From Candidatus Flemingiibacterium sp. (GTDB taxonomy: Bacteria; Bacillota; Clostridia; Oscillospirales; CAG-272): a stretch of DNA of 64,000 bases. Numbering within the stretch: the first letter of the stretch is position 1; each line of letters begins with the position of its first letter. A program made the translations under genes and the position numbers. Below the pieces are notes generated by a model that was not told the DNA's origin, did not search any database, and worked only from the letters and a program-made list of their open reading frames with translations. Of this stretch, positions 29,809 through 39,707 are shown one piece after another. The stretch is from NCBI GenBank assembly GCA_045636145.1, contig JAZTWV010000015.1, forward strand, positions 1,586 to 65,585, read 5' to 3'.

Positions 29809-32703
29809 ATGACATACAAAAAACTCCAATCGGCACTTGGATTTATTCTATCCGCTGTAATGATGGCAAATTACCCTATATGCGCACTTTCGTATACCGG
29901 ACTTGGCACCGTAAATACGCTCAAACGAGAAACAGTGGGCGGAGGTCTTTATTACAGCGAGCTTCAGTCGATAACTGAAGACGACAAACAGCAGCACGCC
30001 TACATATTTGAATATGATTACCGTGACGGCGGCACCCTCCCCCTCGTGCGCTTCGGAAATACCGTATACGGCAGGGACAGACTGGGTTCACTTGTCACCA
30101 CCGAAGCCGGTTACGGAAAAACCGTCCTTGGCGCTATCAACGGTGATTTTTACAGTATGCAGACCGGCGTTCCCATGGGAATAATGATAGACGGCGGACG
30201 GCTTATAACCACAGATGACTCTAAATATGCCCTTGGATTTTTAGAAAACGGCTCTGCCATTATAGGAAAGCCCAATGTAAAAATATCAATAACAAACCTT
30301 GATTCGGAGGGCGAGCCGAAAACAATAAACCATCTGAACAAATTTCCCACCATATGGGGAGCGTATATGCTCACTGAGGAATTTGCGTCCACAACCATGT
30401 CTGCAACAGACTCCATAGAAATAGTAATCGAGCTTGACGGAGATATTTTAGCCTCCGGAAGTGTTGAGGGAACGGTCATAGAGGTGCACCAAGACAAAAG
30501 CAACTCTGAAATCCCATCGGGATGCGCTGTGCTTACCGTCTCAAACGACTGTGAGACTTATGGACTTTATACAGATTTCAGCGAGGGCGACCGTGTGCGA
30601 ATAGACACAGAGTGCGCCGAAATATGGGACAGAATAGTCACAGCTGTGGGCGGTGGAGATCTGATACTTTCTAACGGTCAAATGCCGGAGGGAATAATCG
30701 ACGAGGATCATGAGAAAACCGTGAATCCCAGAACTGCCGTAGGTCTTAAGCCGGATGGAAATGTGATATTCTTTGCTGTAGACGGCAGAAGCACGGATTC
30801 ACGAGGACTTAAAATAGAAGCTCTCTCGGCTCTTATGGCTGAGCTTGGATGCACATACGCAATGAATCTTGACGGCGGCGGTTCAACCACCGTAATGGTT
30901 AAGCCGGCAGGCGATGCGGAAGCGGTATACATCAATACTCCGTCCGACGGAAGCTATCGTTCCGTATCGAACGGCATACTGTTTCTTAGCACACATGAGC
31001 CTGACGGAGTTCCCGCGGCACTTAAGGTGTCTCCGAACACTCCCCTAATTCTGCGCGGAAGCACAATAGACTTCACCGCAGTACCGCTTGACAGTGCCTA
31101 TATGCCCTCCGAAGTTAATCTGGCACCCGATTCGCTTATAACCGTCCTCGCCGAGGAATATCAGGGTGATATCGGATATGTCCACGACTGCAGCTTTACA
31201 GCAGGTCTTATGGGTGGCGAGTACAAGCTAAGAGTCACAAACGGCCACATTTCAGGTGATGTGAGCGTTATAGTTGCAGACAAACTTGACGATCTTAAAG
31301 TCACACCGGAGGCGCTCCAAATAAAACCGGGCACCCTGCTCGAAATCACCACCGAAGCGATATACAACGGCAAACCCATTTACCACGATGCCGGTTCATT
31401 TTACTATACGCTTAACGGAGAGCACAATGTACCGAATCCGGAGTCTTACCCCGATGCTATGATAGTATGCGATCTCGGATATCTTGACAAAGACGGAAAC
31501 TTCCAGGCTTTCGGCGGTGCATATGAGGGTGAAGTTGAGATTGGCGTATGGTTTGACGAATTTGTGCGCTATGTTAATGTGAAAGTAAGCGACGAGTCAT
31601 ATATACTGTCAGATTTTGAAGTGCAGGAAACCGACGAAACTGAAGAAATTGAGGGAACTGAGGAAACCGAGGGAGATGTAGAAACCGAAGAAACCGAGGA
31701 AACTGCAATAGAATCATTCACGGCACAGGCATCCACAGGCGAAATACAGCTCTCGTACTCCTCACACGGCTACAAGTCTGCAAGAGGACTAAAGCTTGAT
31801 TTCACATACGATTCGGAATCCCACGGCAAAGTAATGGAGCTTAAATCCGCAGAAGCTGTAACCATATCTCCGGATGCCAAAAGTATCAAGCTTTGGATCT
31901 ATGGTTATAACGATGGCGTTTTGGGAGCATCCGTGTCGGATACAGATGGAAACATCTATGAGCTTTCCTACACTGTAACAAAGGACTATTCAAAGCAGAT
32001 CGGATGGAAAGAGCTTACTGCCAATATACCCGAATCCCTTAAAACTCAAATGCTTTATTTAGATACCCTCCTGATACTGAATGCCTCCGGAGCAGGTGCG
32101 CAGTCATACGTTATTGATATGCCGCATATCTACTACGGCAGAGAATCCGAGCCTGTTCTTATAGGTCTTGATGAGCACTGGGCGGCAGAATACATTCATA
32201 CGTTGTATGAGATGTATGTCATTCAAAATTTCGACTGCGAAACGGTTGACGGAAGACTTTACTATGATCCGGACAAGCAACTTACAAGAGCAGAATTTGC
32301 AAAGCTTCTGGTGCTTTACACGGGAACCAATGCATTCCCCTATGTAAATGAGGGTCAGGCACTCGATGCAGACACCCCATACGACAAAGTACCGTACATT
32401 CGCGCGGCTTTGGCAAACGGGCTTATGAGCGGACGTGGGGTTGACCAAAACGGAACTGTGATATTCGACCCCAATGCCACCATCACAAGGCAGGAAGCAT
32501 TCAAGGTAATCGGTGCTCTGCTTGATACAGAGGGGACAGCTCTTGAATTTCCGGATGCCTCTGCGGTTGCAGATTGGGCATATGAGGGAGTATCAAAGTG
32601 TGTTGGTGCAGGCATCGTAAGCGGTCGCTCCGACGGAACTTTAGCTCCCATGGCGACCATAGCCCGTGCTGAATTTGCCGCACTTCTGACAAGGATAGGA
32701 TAA
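29809..32703 (+). CDS. Phosphodiester glycosidase (NAGPA/DUF2233) family surface protein with C-terminal SLH domains
   Basis: A signal peptide is present. Motifs AINGDFY, AVGLKPDGNVIFFAVDGR and NLDGGGSTT are followed by an acidic ETEE linker and three SLH-like repeats. Confidence 0.8.
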   Translation: MTYKKLQSALGFILSAVMMANYPICALSYTGLGTVNTLKRETVGGGLYYSELQSITEDDKQQHAYIFEYDYRDGGTLPLVRFGNTVYGRDRLGSLVTTEAGYGKTVLGAINGDFYSMQTGVPMGIMIDGGRLITTDDSKYALGFLENGSAIIGKPNVKISITNLDSEGEPKTINHLNKFPTIWGAYMLTEEFASTTMSATDSIEIVIELDGDILASGSVEGTVIEVHQDKSNSEIPSGCAVLTVSNDCETYGLYTDFSEGDRVRIDTECAEIWDRIVTAVGGGDLILSNGQMPEGIIDEDHEKTVNPRTAVGLKPDGNVIFFAVDGRSTDSRGLKIEALSALMAELGCTYAMNLDGGGSTTVMVKPAGDAEAVYINTPSDGSYRSVSNGILFLSTHEPDGVPAALKVSPNTPLILRGSTIDFTAVPLDSAYMPSEVNLAPDSLITVLAEEYQGDIGYVHDCSFTAGLMGGEYKLRVTNGHISGDVSVIVADKLDDLKVTPEALQIKPGTLLEITTEAIYNGKPIYHDAGSFYYTLNGEHNVPNPESYPDAMIVCDLGYLDKDGNFQAFGGAYEGEVEIGVWFDEFVRYVNVKVSDESYILSDFEVQETDETEEIEGTEETEGDVETEETEETAIESFTAQASTGEIQLSYSSHGYKSARGLKLDFTYDSESHGKVMELKSAEAVTISPDAKSIKLWIYGYNDGVLGASVSDTDGNIYELSYTVTKDYSKQIGWKELTANIPESLKTQMLYLDTLLILNASGAGAQSYVIDMPHIYYGRESEPVLIGLDEHWAAEYIHTLYEMYVIQNFDCETVDGRLYYDPDKQLTRAEFAKLLVLYTGTNAFPYVNEGQALDADTPYDKVPYIRAALANGLMSGRGVDQNGTVIFDPNATITRQEAFKVIGALLDTEGTALEFPDASAVADWAYEGVSKCVGAGIVSGRSDGTLAPMATIARAEFAALLTRIG

Positions 32704-32719
32704 TTCATATTCCACATAA

Positions 32720-32752
32720 AAACAACTGCCCGCAAAATTTGCGGGCAGTTGC
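32720..32752. terminator. Terminator (strong for mscL on the minus strand, weaker for the plus-strand gene)
   Basis: AACTGCCCGC-N7-GCGGGCAGTT. On the minus strand it is followed by TTTTTAT. Confidence 0.75.
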
Positions 32753-32777
32753 TTTACATGTAGTAAACAGCTTTTAA

Positions 32778-33344
32778 TTACTTCTTAAGCGAATCGCGGA
32801 TCTCGCGGATATTTGCATAGAATTCATCAAGCGCAGCCTTGTCTGCAGCATCCTTGGCATCAGCCGCAGCCTTTTCCTCTGCCGCCTTGGCATCCTCTTC
32901 AGCCTTCTTGGCAGCAGCCTCTGCCTCTGCCTTGGCAATTTCCTTTGCATTGAGCTTACGCTCCATATTCTTAATAAAGCGAACAGTAGCGAATATGCAG
33001 AGTGCAATAATGAAGAAATCAATTATTGCCTGAATCCACAAGCCATAGGAAATAGCGATCTCGGTTACTTCTGCGATTCCTGCTGCCTCATCAGCCGGAA
33101 CAGCCTCGCGAAGCACGTATTTCCATTCGTCAATGGATACTCCGCTGGTGAAGTATGTCATAACGGGCGTGATAATGTTCTTCACAAGACCGTTTACAAT
33201 GGCATTGAACGCAGTACCGATAACAACGCCCACTGCCATGTCAAGCACATTGCCTTTAGTTATAAACTTCTTGAAGTCGGAGAAAAATGTAATCTTTTCT
33301 CCCTTTGCCTTAATTGCATCCTTTGCATCAGTTATTTTTCCCAT
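32778..33344 (-). CDS. mscL: Large-conductance mechanosensitive channel MscL with an Ala/Lys/Glu-rich C-terminal extension
   Basis: The motif is FKKFITKGNVLDMAVGVVIGTAF. GGAGG precedes the ATG at 33344. Confidence 0.9.
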   Translation of the reverse strand: MGKITDAKDAIKAKGEKITFFSDFKKFITKGNVLDMAVGVVIGTAFNAIVNGLVKNIITPVMTYFTSGVSIDEWKYVLREAVPADEAAGIAEVTEIAISYGLWIQAIIDFFIIALCIFATVRFIKNMERKLNAKEIAKAEAEAAAKKAEEDAKAAEEKAAADAKDAADKAALDEFYANIREIRDSLKK

Positions 33345-33381
33345 GATAAACCTCCATATAAAATTATAAATTACAGCTTTG

Positions 33382-33410
33382 ATTATAACAGATTGCAGGC
33401 ATTTTGTCAA
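33382..33410 (-). promoter_or_regulatory. Sigma-A type promoter of mscL
   Basis: On the minus strand: TTGACA, 17 nt, TATAAT. Confidence 0.6.
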
Positions 33411-33558
33411 TAAAAATCGAAAATTTACTTAATAGCAGTTGTACACCGCTAAGGATGAGAATGCACCGGAAATTCCGGCAGGAGCAAGCCACTGCCCTAC
33501 GTGGTATCGGGAATACCGGTTGTAGAGCGCGTGTTATCGCCCACCGTTCTATTGACAT

Positions 33559-34623
33559 TTATAGCTTTCTCACGATTTTGCTGAATTTTCCGACAACCGC
33601 CGATACACATACACAAACCGCAACTGTTACAACAAGGGAGAAAAACAGATGCGTTCCGAATGTCACCGACAGCGGTACGGCTTTACTGCCAAGCAGTGCC
33701 TTTGCAAAATACAAAAACAGAGGATGCCAAAGATAGATGGAGTATGAAGATCGGTCAACAGCACAAATAAGCTTTGCCGACATGATCGGAACATCCGCCA
33801 ACCTTACACATAATGTAAACAAAAACAGTACGGCACAGACAATATAGAAGACGTGCACGGTCTCAAGCCAATATATGTACGCTCTGCCCGAAAAATGGAG
33901 TAATGAAAGTCCGCCGCTCATTACCGCCGCAAACAGGAACAGTACCGTAATGCCGCGCCACGCCATGATTATGGCATTCTTCACATATTCGTAATGCCGT
34001 CCGACAACAAGTCCTGCCATCCACCAGAAGATATAGGTTGAAAATACACGGTCAGCATATGGGAACAGTCCGCCTTTAAAAAATATGCTTATAAAATCCG
34101 TCAAATACTGCCCGAAAATCATTCCGAGCGGCAGTGCAGCAACAAGCGCAATCACAGCATATGCAGGTTCGGAAAGCTTTTTCAGTATAGCTCGCCAGAG
34201 AGGTGCTAAAATGTAAAACTGCATGATAGCGATAACGAAATAGAAATGACCGCACATATTTCCGTCAAAAAGAAGCTTTACAAGCTCCGGTACTGACGGT
34301 TCCATATAGTTTAATAAGACGAAGTAGGCAAAATAAACGAGAACCGCGATAGCGTAAGGCAGCCAAACTCTTTTTATTCTTCCAAGGACATATTTTTTAT
34401 AAGAGAAGCCTTCTTTTTCTGCCCCAAGAGCGAATTTCAGCGCGGACAGAAAAATAAATCCCGGCACCGCGCAGGCGGCAAGTCTCCATGCCGGGAGCAG
34501 GAGCGCATATTCCCACGAGGTCTTATCGGCAACTGTAACCGCTGTTGACGAAGCGTGTATAAATATAACAAGCAGACACAGTATAACATTCATGAGCGAA
34601 AGCTCGTGTTTTCTTTTTATCAT
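33559..34623 (-). CDS. Acyltransferase-3 family membrane O-acyltransferase
   Basis: It has about 10 TM helices and the motif LCLLVIFIHA. AAAGGAGAA precedes the ATG at 34623. Confidence 0.75.
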   Translation of the reverse strand: MIKRKHELSLMNVILCLLVIFIHASSTAVTVADKTSWEYALLLPAWRLAACAVPGFIFLSALKFALGAEKEGFSYKKYVLGRIKRVWLPYAIAVLVYFAYFVLLNYMEPSVPELVKLLFDGNMCGHFYFVIAIMQFYILAPLWRAILKKLSEPAYAVIALVAALPLGMIFGQYLTDFISIFFKGGLFPYADRVFSTYIFWWMAGLVVGRHYEYVKNAIIMAWRGITVLFLFAAVMSGGLSLLHFSGRAYIYWLETVHVFYIVCAVLFLFTLCVRLADVPIMSAKLICAVDRSSYSIYLWHPLFLYFAKALLGSKAVPLSVTFGTHLFFSLVVTVAVCVCVSAVVGKFSKIVRKL

Positions 34624-34739
34624 GGCACATTTTCTCCTTTTTGGGTGTAACAATATTGTAGCATAGCACGGAAATTTTGTCAAGGCACCACGCGCATCGT
34701 TAAAATGATAACAACTTGTAACAAATGCTACTTTGACAC

Positions 34740-34768
34740 TTGACAGACAGCATTTTATTTGTTAAAAT
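34740..34768 (+). promoter_or_regulatory. Candidate promoter of htpG
   Basis: TTGACA, 17 nt, TAAAAT. Confidence 0.5.
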
Positions 34769-34837
34769 ATAAAGTGAGGTATTGTGTAACCAAGTAAAAT
34801 ACCGCATAAATCAACTCAAAAAAGAGGTTAGATAACA

Positions 34838-36718
34838 ATGTCCGAAGAAATCAAAAACACCGAAAAAGGCGGCATATCCGTCGAAATCGAACATATATTT
34901 CCGATTATAAAAAAATGGCTCTATTCCGAGAAGGAAATATTCCTCCGCGAGATAGTTTCACACGCCTGCGACGCTGTTACAAAGCTTAAGAGACTTACTT
35001 CCCTTGGTGAAGCACAAATTGACGATGAAAACTACAAAATCACCGTTACAGTAGATAAGGCGGCACGCACTTTAACCGTTTCCGACAACGGTATCGGTAT
35101 GACCGAGGATGAGGTGCGCCGTTACATATGCCAGATCGCTCTTTCCGGTGCTCTCGAATTTATCGAAAAATATGAGGGCAAAGACAGCAAGGATGCTGCT
35201 GACAACGGCATTATCGGTCATTTCGGTCTCGGTTTTTACTCCGCATTTATGGTAAGTGACACCGTAGATGTTATAACCCGTTCATACACCTCGGACACCG
35301 CTGTAAAGTGGGTATGCTCAGAGGCAGGCGAGTATGAGATCACAACTGATTACACCCGTGACGGTCGCGGCACAGATGTTGTCATGCACATCATGGAAAA
35401 CGAGTCGGAATTTCTTGAAGAATACCGTATTCGCGAGATGCTTGACAAATACTGCTCGTTTATGCCTGTTGAAATATACTTAAAATCCGAAACCGCTGAA
35501 GACGACTCCTCCGATAATAAAAAAGAGGATGAGCCAAAGCCGGTAAATGACACTCATCCCCTTTGGCAGAAGAATCCGTCCGACTGCACCGATGAGGAAT
35601 ACGACGAATTTTATCACAAGGTATTCCGCGATTACCGCGAGCCTTTGTTCCACATTCATCTGAATGCGGATTACCCGCTCAATTTCCGCGGCATACTCTA
35701 CTTCCCCCGCCTTTCGCACGAATACGACAATATGGAGGGTCAGGTAAAGCTCTATTACAACCAGGTATTCGTAGCAGATAATATCAAAGAGGTGATTCCC
35801 GAATTTCTCCTCATGCTCAAAGGCGTGCTTGACTGCCCCGAGCTTCCGCTGAACGTTTCCAGAAGCTATTTGCAGAACAGCGGTTACGTGGCAAAAATAT
35901 CTGCGCATATCGTAAAAAAGGTTGCTGACAAGCTTTGCTCAATGTTCAATTTGGAGCGTGAAAATTACGAAAAGCTTTGGGAGGACCTCAAAACCTTTGT
36001 AGAGTATGGCTGTCTTCGTGACCGCAAGTTCTATGACCGCGTAAAATCCGCCATTGTATATGCAACCACTGACAATAAATACGTAACCCTTGACGAATAT
36101 CTGGAAAAAGCCAAAGAAAAGCATGAAAATACTGTATACTACACCGCTGACGTTACCGCGCAGGCACAGTACATCTCCATGTTTGCCGCAGAGGGCATAG
36201 AGGTTGTAATTCTCGACAAAATGATCGACACGCAGTTCATAAACGTGGTAGAACAGGACAACGAGAATGTAAAATTCGTGCGTATCGACGCTGATGTGGC
36301 AGGTGCGCTCAAGGCGGAGGGTAATGCCGAGACAAACGAGAAGCTGTGTGAGATTTTCAAAGAGGTCAGCGGCAATTCTGAGCTTAAAGTAACATTTGAG
36401 CTTCTCAAAAACGAAAAGATACCGGCAATCCTGAATATTTCCGAGGAAACACGCCGTATGGAAGATATGATGAAAATGTACCGCCGTGCCGGCAATGCTA
36501 TGGGCGATATGAAATTCCCCACAGATACAAGCCTTGTTGTCAACGCCAACAGTTCGCTTATAAAGCGTCTGGCAGATGAAGCAGAAAGCGGCGGCGAAAA
36601 GGCAAAAAAGATTGCAAAACAAATATATACTTTAGCACTTCTTGCTCAGCGTCAGCTTAATGCCGACGAGCTTCAGGCATTCCTTTCCGACAGCTTTGAT
36701 ATGCTGGAAAACTTCTAA
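34838..36718 (+). CDS. htpG: Molecular chaperone HtpG (Hsp90)
   Basis: The GHKL ATPase motifs are LYSEKEIFLREIVSHACDA and DNGIGM. Confidence 0.95.
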   Translation: MSEEIKNTEKGGISVEIEHIFPIIKKWLYSEKEIFLREIVSHACDAVTKLKRLTSLGEAQIDDENYKITVTVDKAARTLTVSDNGIGMTEDEVRRYICQIALSGALEFIEKYEGKDSKDAADNGIIGHFGLGFYSAFMVSDTVDVITRSYTSDTAVKWVCSEAGEYEITTDYTRDGRGTDVVMHIMENESEFLEEYRIREMLDKYCSFMPVEIYLKSETAEDDSSDNKKEDEPKPVNDTHPLWQKNPSDCTDEEYDEFYHKVFRDYREPLFHIHLNADYPLNFRGILYFPRLSHEYDNMEGQVKLYYNQVFVADNIKEVIPEFLLMLKGVLDCPELPLNVSRSYLQNSGYVAKISAHIVKKVADKLCSMFNLERENYEKLWEDLKTFVEYGCLRDRKFYDRVKSAIVYATTDNKYVTLDEYLEKAKEKHENTVYYTADVTAQAQYISMFAAEGIEVVILDKMIDTQFINVVEQDNENVKFVRIDADVAGALKAEGNAETNEKLCEIFKEVSGNSELKVTFELLKNEKIPAILNISEETRRMEDMMKMYRRAGNAMGDMKFPTDTSLVVNANSSLIKRLADEAESGGEKAKKIAKQIYTLALLAQRQLNADELQAFLSDSFDMLENF

Positions 36719-36750
36719 ATTCAAGGTAATTTAAAGGAGTTATTATCTTT

Positions 36751-37653
36751 ATGCTGAACCTTCCAATACCGCTTCTTCTTGTTATATCTGTGGTTACTTC
36801 CACAATGATATCTGTCTTCCGCAGTGTTTATTCCAAAAATTTTCCCGATAACAACCGTACCCTTTGGTTTTTCAACTTAATACAAAATATTTTCTGCGGA
36901 TTCATGATATTTGTTGTCATGGGCGGTATTGGAGAAGTAAGTGTATTCACCCTGTTAATAGGCGCTGTATTCGGTGCTGTATCGGCTTTCCAGCTTTTAT
37001 TCAACCTAAAAGCTTACTCGTCAGGTCCTATCTCATACACTCTGGTAATAGTATCTCTTTCTGCAATAATTCCTACTTTAAGCGGCCTTTTCTTCGGTGA
37101 AACTATATCTCTGCCGCAGTGGATCGGAATACTTCTCATGGCGGTGTGCATAATCCTTTCACCCAACTCCAATAAGGGCGCTCACTCAAAAAAATCCAGC
37201 GCAAAATGGCTGCTTATGTGCGCTATCGCGGCTGTTCTCAACGGTGCAGGCGGTGTTATACAGAAAATACATCAAACCTCGATTCACAAAACCGAACAGG
37301 CAGCGCTTCTTCTTACAAATTTCGCTGTTGCGACAGTTATATCAATAGTATTTTACTTTGCTTCTGCCGATGCAACGGAACACAGACACAAGATCGGCAA
37401 GGAGGATATCCTCCGCACACTCCTCCCTATTATGACCGGTCTTTCTTTCGCATTTCCTCACACCATCAATCTTGACCTTGCAGGAAGACTTCCAAGTGCG
37501 GTGATGTTCCCACTCGTGAATCTTCCGCCGATGATTCTTTCTACTATAACAGCAATCATACTGTTCAGAGAGCGGCTTTCTCTGCGTCGCCGGATAGGTC
37601 TTGTGATCGGAATACTCTCCACACTGTTCATAAGCGGCGTTATAAATTTCTGA
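36751..37653 (+). CDS. DMT/EamA-like 10-TM transporter
   Basis: The hydrophobic protein has two internally similar halves. There is no specific substrate signal. Confidence 0.55.
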   Translation: MLNLPIPLLLVISVVTSTMISVFRSVYSKNFPDNNRTLWFFNLIQNIFCGFMIFVVMGGIGEVSVFTLLIGAVFGAVSAFQLLFNLKAYSSGPISYTLVIVSLSAIIPTLSGLFFGETISLPQWIGILLMAVCIILSPNSNKGAHSKKSSAKWLLMCAIAAVLNGAGGVIQKIHQTSIHKTEQAALLLTNFAVATVISIVFYFASADATEHRHKIGKEDILRTLLPIMTGLSFAFPHTINLDLAGRLPSAVMFPLVNLPPMILSTITAIILFRERLSLRRRIGLVIGILSTLFISGVINF

Positions 37654-37678
37654 CTATACTACGAAAAGGTGATCTTAT

Positions 37679-38767
37679 ATGGCATCTGTATACGGCACAA
37701 AACTTAAGCTGTCGGTTTTCGGCGAATCCCACGGCAATGCCATCGGCGTTGTAATTGACGGATTTCCGGCAGGACTTAAGCTTGATCTTGATTACATAGA
37801 CGCTTTCATGAAGCGCCGTGCTCCGGGCGGTAATTTTTCTACAAAGCGCACAGAGCCTGACATTCCGAGAATCGTAAGCGGAGTTTCGGACGGCTTTACA
37901 AACGGCTACCCCATCTGCGCCGTAATAGAAAATACCAATCAACATTCATCGTCATATCAGGATAAGATGACAGTCCCACGTCCGAGCCACGCCGACTACG
38001 CCGCCGCACTTAAATACGGCGACCATGTTGAGCTTCACGGCGGGGGACACTTTTCGGGACGGCTCACCGCTCCCCTTGTATTTGCAGGAGCACTCTGCTC
38101 TCTGTATCTTGCCGATTTCGGCATCGAAATTGCCGCGCACATAAAGCAGATGCTGGACGTATCAGACAGAAGCTTCGAACACAATGTTACAAAAAATCAA
38201 CTTGCCGAGCTGAAAACTCACGCTTTTCCAACACTCGACCCGGCAGCAGGTGAAGCCTTTGCCGCCATTATAAATTCGGCGAGAGATAAGGGCGATTCGG
38301 TAGGAGCTAAGCTTGAGTGTGCGGCAGTGGGACTGCCTGCGGCACTTGGCGAGCATATGTTTGAGAGTGCCGAGTCTGAAATTTCAAGTCTCATATTTGC
38401 TGTGCCCGGCGTAAAAGGTATTGAATTCGGCGCAGGATTTGACTTTTGCCGTATGTATGGCTCACAGGCAAATGACCCATACGAATATGAGGACGGTAAG
38501 GTTGTCACAAAGCAAAACAACTGCGGCGGTATCGTCGGCGGTATGACCACAGGTATGCCGCTTATATTCTCCGCTGTGATAAAGCCTACGCCCTCTATCT
38601 TCATACCTCAGGATTCAATAGATCTGGCAAACAAGTGCAGCACTACGCTTAAAATAAACGGCAGGCACGACCCCTGCATTGCAGTACGTGCAATCCCTGT
38701 AATAGAAGCTTGTACTGCTGTGGCACTTACACAGCTCATACTTAAATCAAGTGGGAGGAAGCTATAA
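37679..38767 (+). CDS. aroC: Chorismate synthase
   Basis: Motifs FGESHG, RPSHAD and GRHDPC are present. Confidence 0.95.
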   Translation: MASVYGTKLKLSVFGESHGNAIGVVIDGFPAGLKLDLDYIDAFMKRRAPGGNFSTKRTEPDIPRIVSGVSDGFTNGYPICAVIENTNQHSSSYQDKMTVPRPSHADYAAALKYGDHVELHGGGHFSGRLTAPLVFAGALCSLYLADFGIEIAAHIKQMLDVSDRSFEHNVTKNQLAELKTHAFPTLDPAAGEAFAAIINSARDKGDSVGAKLECAAVGLPAALGEHMFESAESEISSLIFAVPGVKGIEFGAGFDFCRMYGSQANDPYEYEDGKVVTKQNNCGGIVGGMTTGMPLIFSAVIKPTPSIFIPQDSIDLANKCSTTLKINGRHDPCIAVRAIPVIEACTAVALTQLILKSSGRKL

Positions 38768-39705
38768 TGGCACGGGAAAACAATCTCTCGATAATAGGCG
38801 ATAATTTGTCGATACTCTCCGAGGAGAATGTATCTTCGGATGAACGCCGTTTGGCTTGGCTGCGTGATCTTGCCATGCTTATACTCAGGGATGATTCTGC
38901 CATTTTTGACGAAAACCGCACAGACGTTTTTGCCCAGATCTTCAGCGGCATAGAATTTGGAAATGATATTCCAAAAGAATCTACGCACCATCTTTACTTC
39001 AAAGATCATGCAATACTGTTTTCCGACAAGCTTACGGTCTGCAAATTCCTTGCCGAAGAGTTTGAGCACCGCGGTGTAAAACTGCTTGACAGACTGCTTG
39101 GAAATGACAAGTACTCACGCTCTCCCAAAATTGCATATTTCAAAAATGCATATGCAGATGCCGCATTCCGTATTTTTTCCGGTGTTCTGGAATCTCCGTC
39201 TGTGGTTTATGCATCTGATTTTACCGCGGTATGCGAGGAGGTATACTATGGGCGTGCAAATATGTGTATGCTTCCACTTGACAGCTCCCGCGATGCAAAG
39301 CTCATAAGCTTTTACCGCCTTATCGACAAGTATGAGCTGAGTCCTGTGCTTTCCTGTGACGTTACAACACCTGATGGCAGTGTTACCACTCGTTATGCCC
39401 TTCTGAAGCGATCTATCTCACTGCCCCAAAAGGAAGACAGGAGCGGATGCTTTTTTGAATTCAGTCTTGTAAGCGATAACGGCTCAGCACTTGGTGAAGT
39501 AATAGCCGCCGCTACAGAATGCGGTCTGTCCCTGTACAAAGTGGACTCGATTCCGCTGACCTACAACAGCGGAGAGTTTTCCTATGAGATAATTTTTAGG
39601 GCAGATGACCCCCGCGGTCTTGACGAATTTGTACTGTTTCTTACCCTTGCAATGCCGCAGTACGAGCCTCTTGGCATATATCCACATATAAGAGTAGGAG
39701 AATAA
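38767..39705 (+). CDS. Divergent prephenate dehydratase-like protein (PDT plus ACT domains, degenerate motifs, about 110-aa N-terminal extension)
   Basis: The start overlaps the aroC stop (TAATG). TTRY stands in place of TRF. The ACT-like segments are LSLYKVDSIPL (for INLTKIESRP) and FSYEIIFRAD. Confidence 0.5.
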   Translation: MARENNLSIIGDNLSILSEENVSSDERRLAWLRDLAMLILRDDSAIFDENRTDVFAQIFSGIEFGNDIPKESTHHLYFKDHAILFSDKLTVCKFLAEEFEHRGVKLLDRLLGNDKYSRSPKIAYFKNAYADAAFRIFSGVLESPSVVYASDFTAVCEEVYYGRANMCMLPLDSSRDAKLISFYRLIDKYELSPVLSCDVTTPDGSVTTRYALLKRSISLPQKEDRSGCFFEFSLVSDNGSALGEVIAAATECGLSLYKVDSIPLTYNSGEFSYEIIFRADDPRGLDEFVLFLTLAMPQYEPLGIYPHIRVGE

Positions 39706-39707
39706 CT

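Noticed and set aside
33440-33556. SRP-RNA-like motif (CCGGCAGGAGCAAGCC versus the conserved GGAAGGAAGCAGCC of 4.5S RNA)
   Set aside because: I could not build a helix-8 fold with a GNRA tetraloop and symmetric loop. The region is also too short for the long Firmicute SRP RNA. It is kept only as an unassigned GC-rich island.
34700-34770. Possible heat-shock operator (CIRCE or CtsR box) upstream of htpG, suggested by the direct repeat TTTGACACTTGACAG
   Set aside because: No TTAGCACTC-N9-GAGTGCTAA is present. The TTGACA repeats do not have the heptad spacing of CtsR boxes and are better explained as overlapping -35 candidates.
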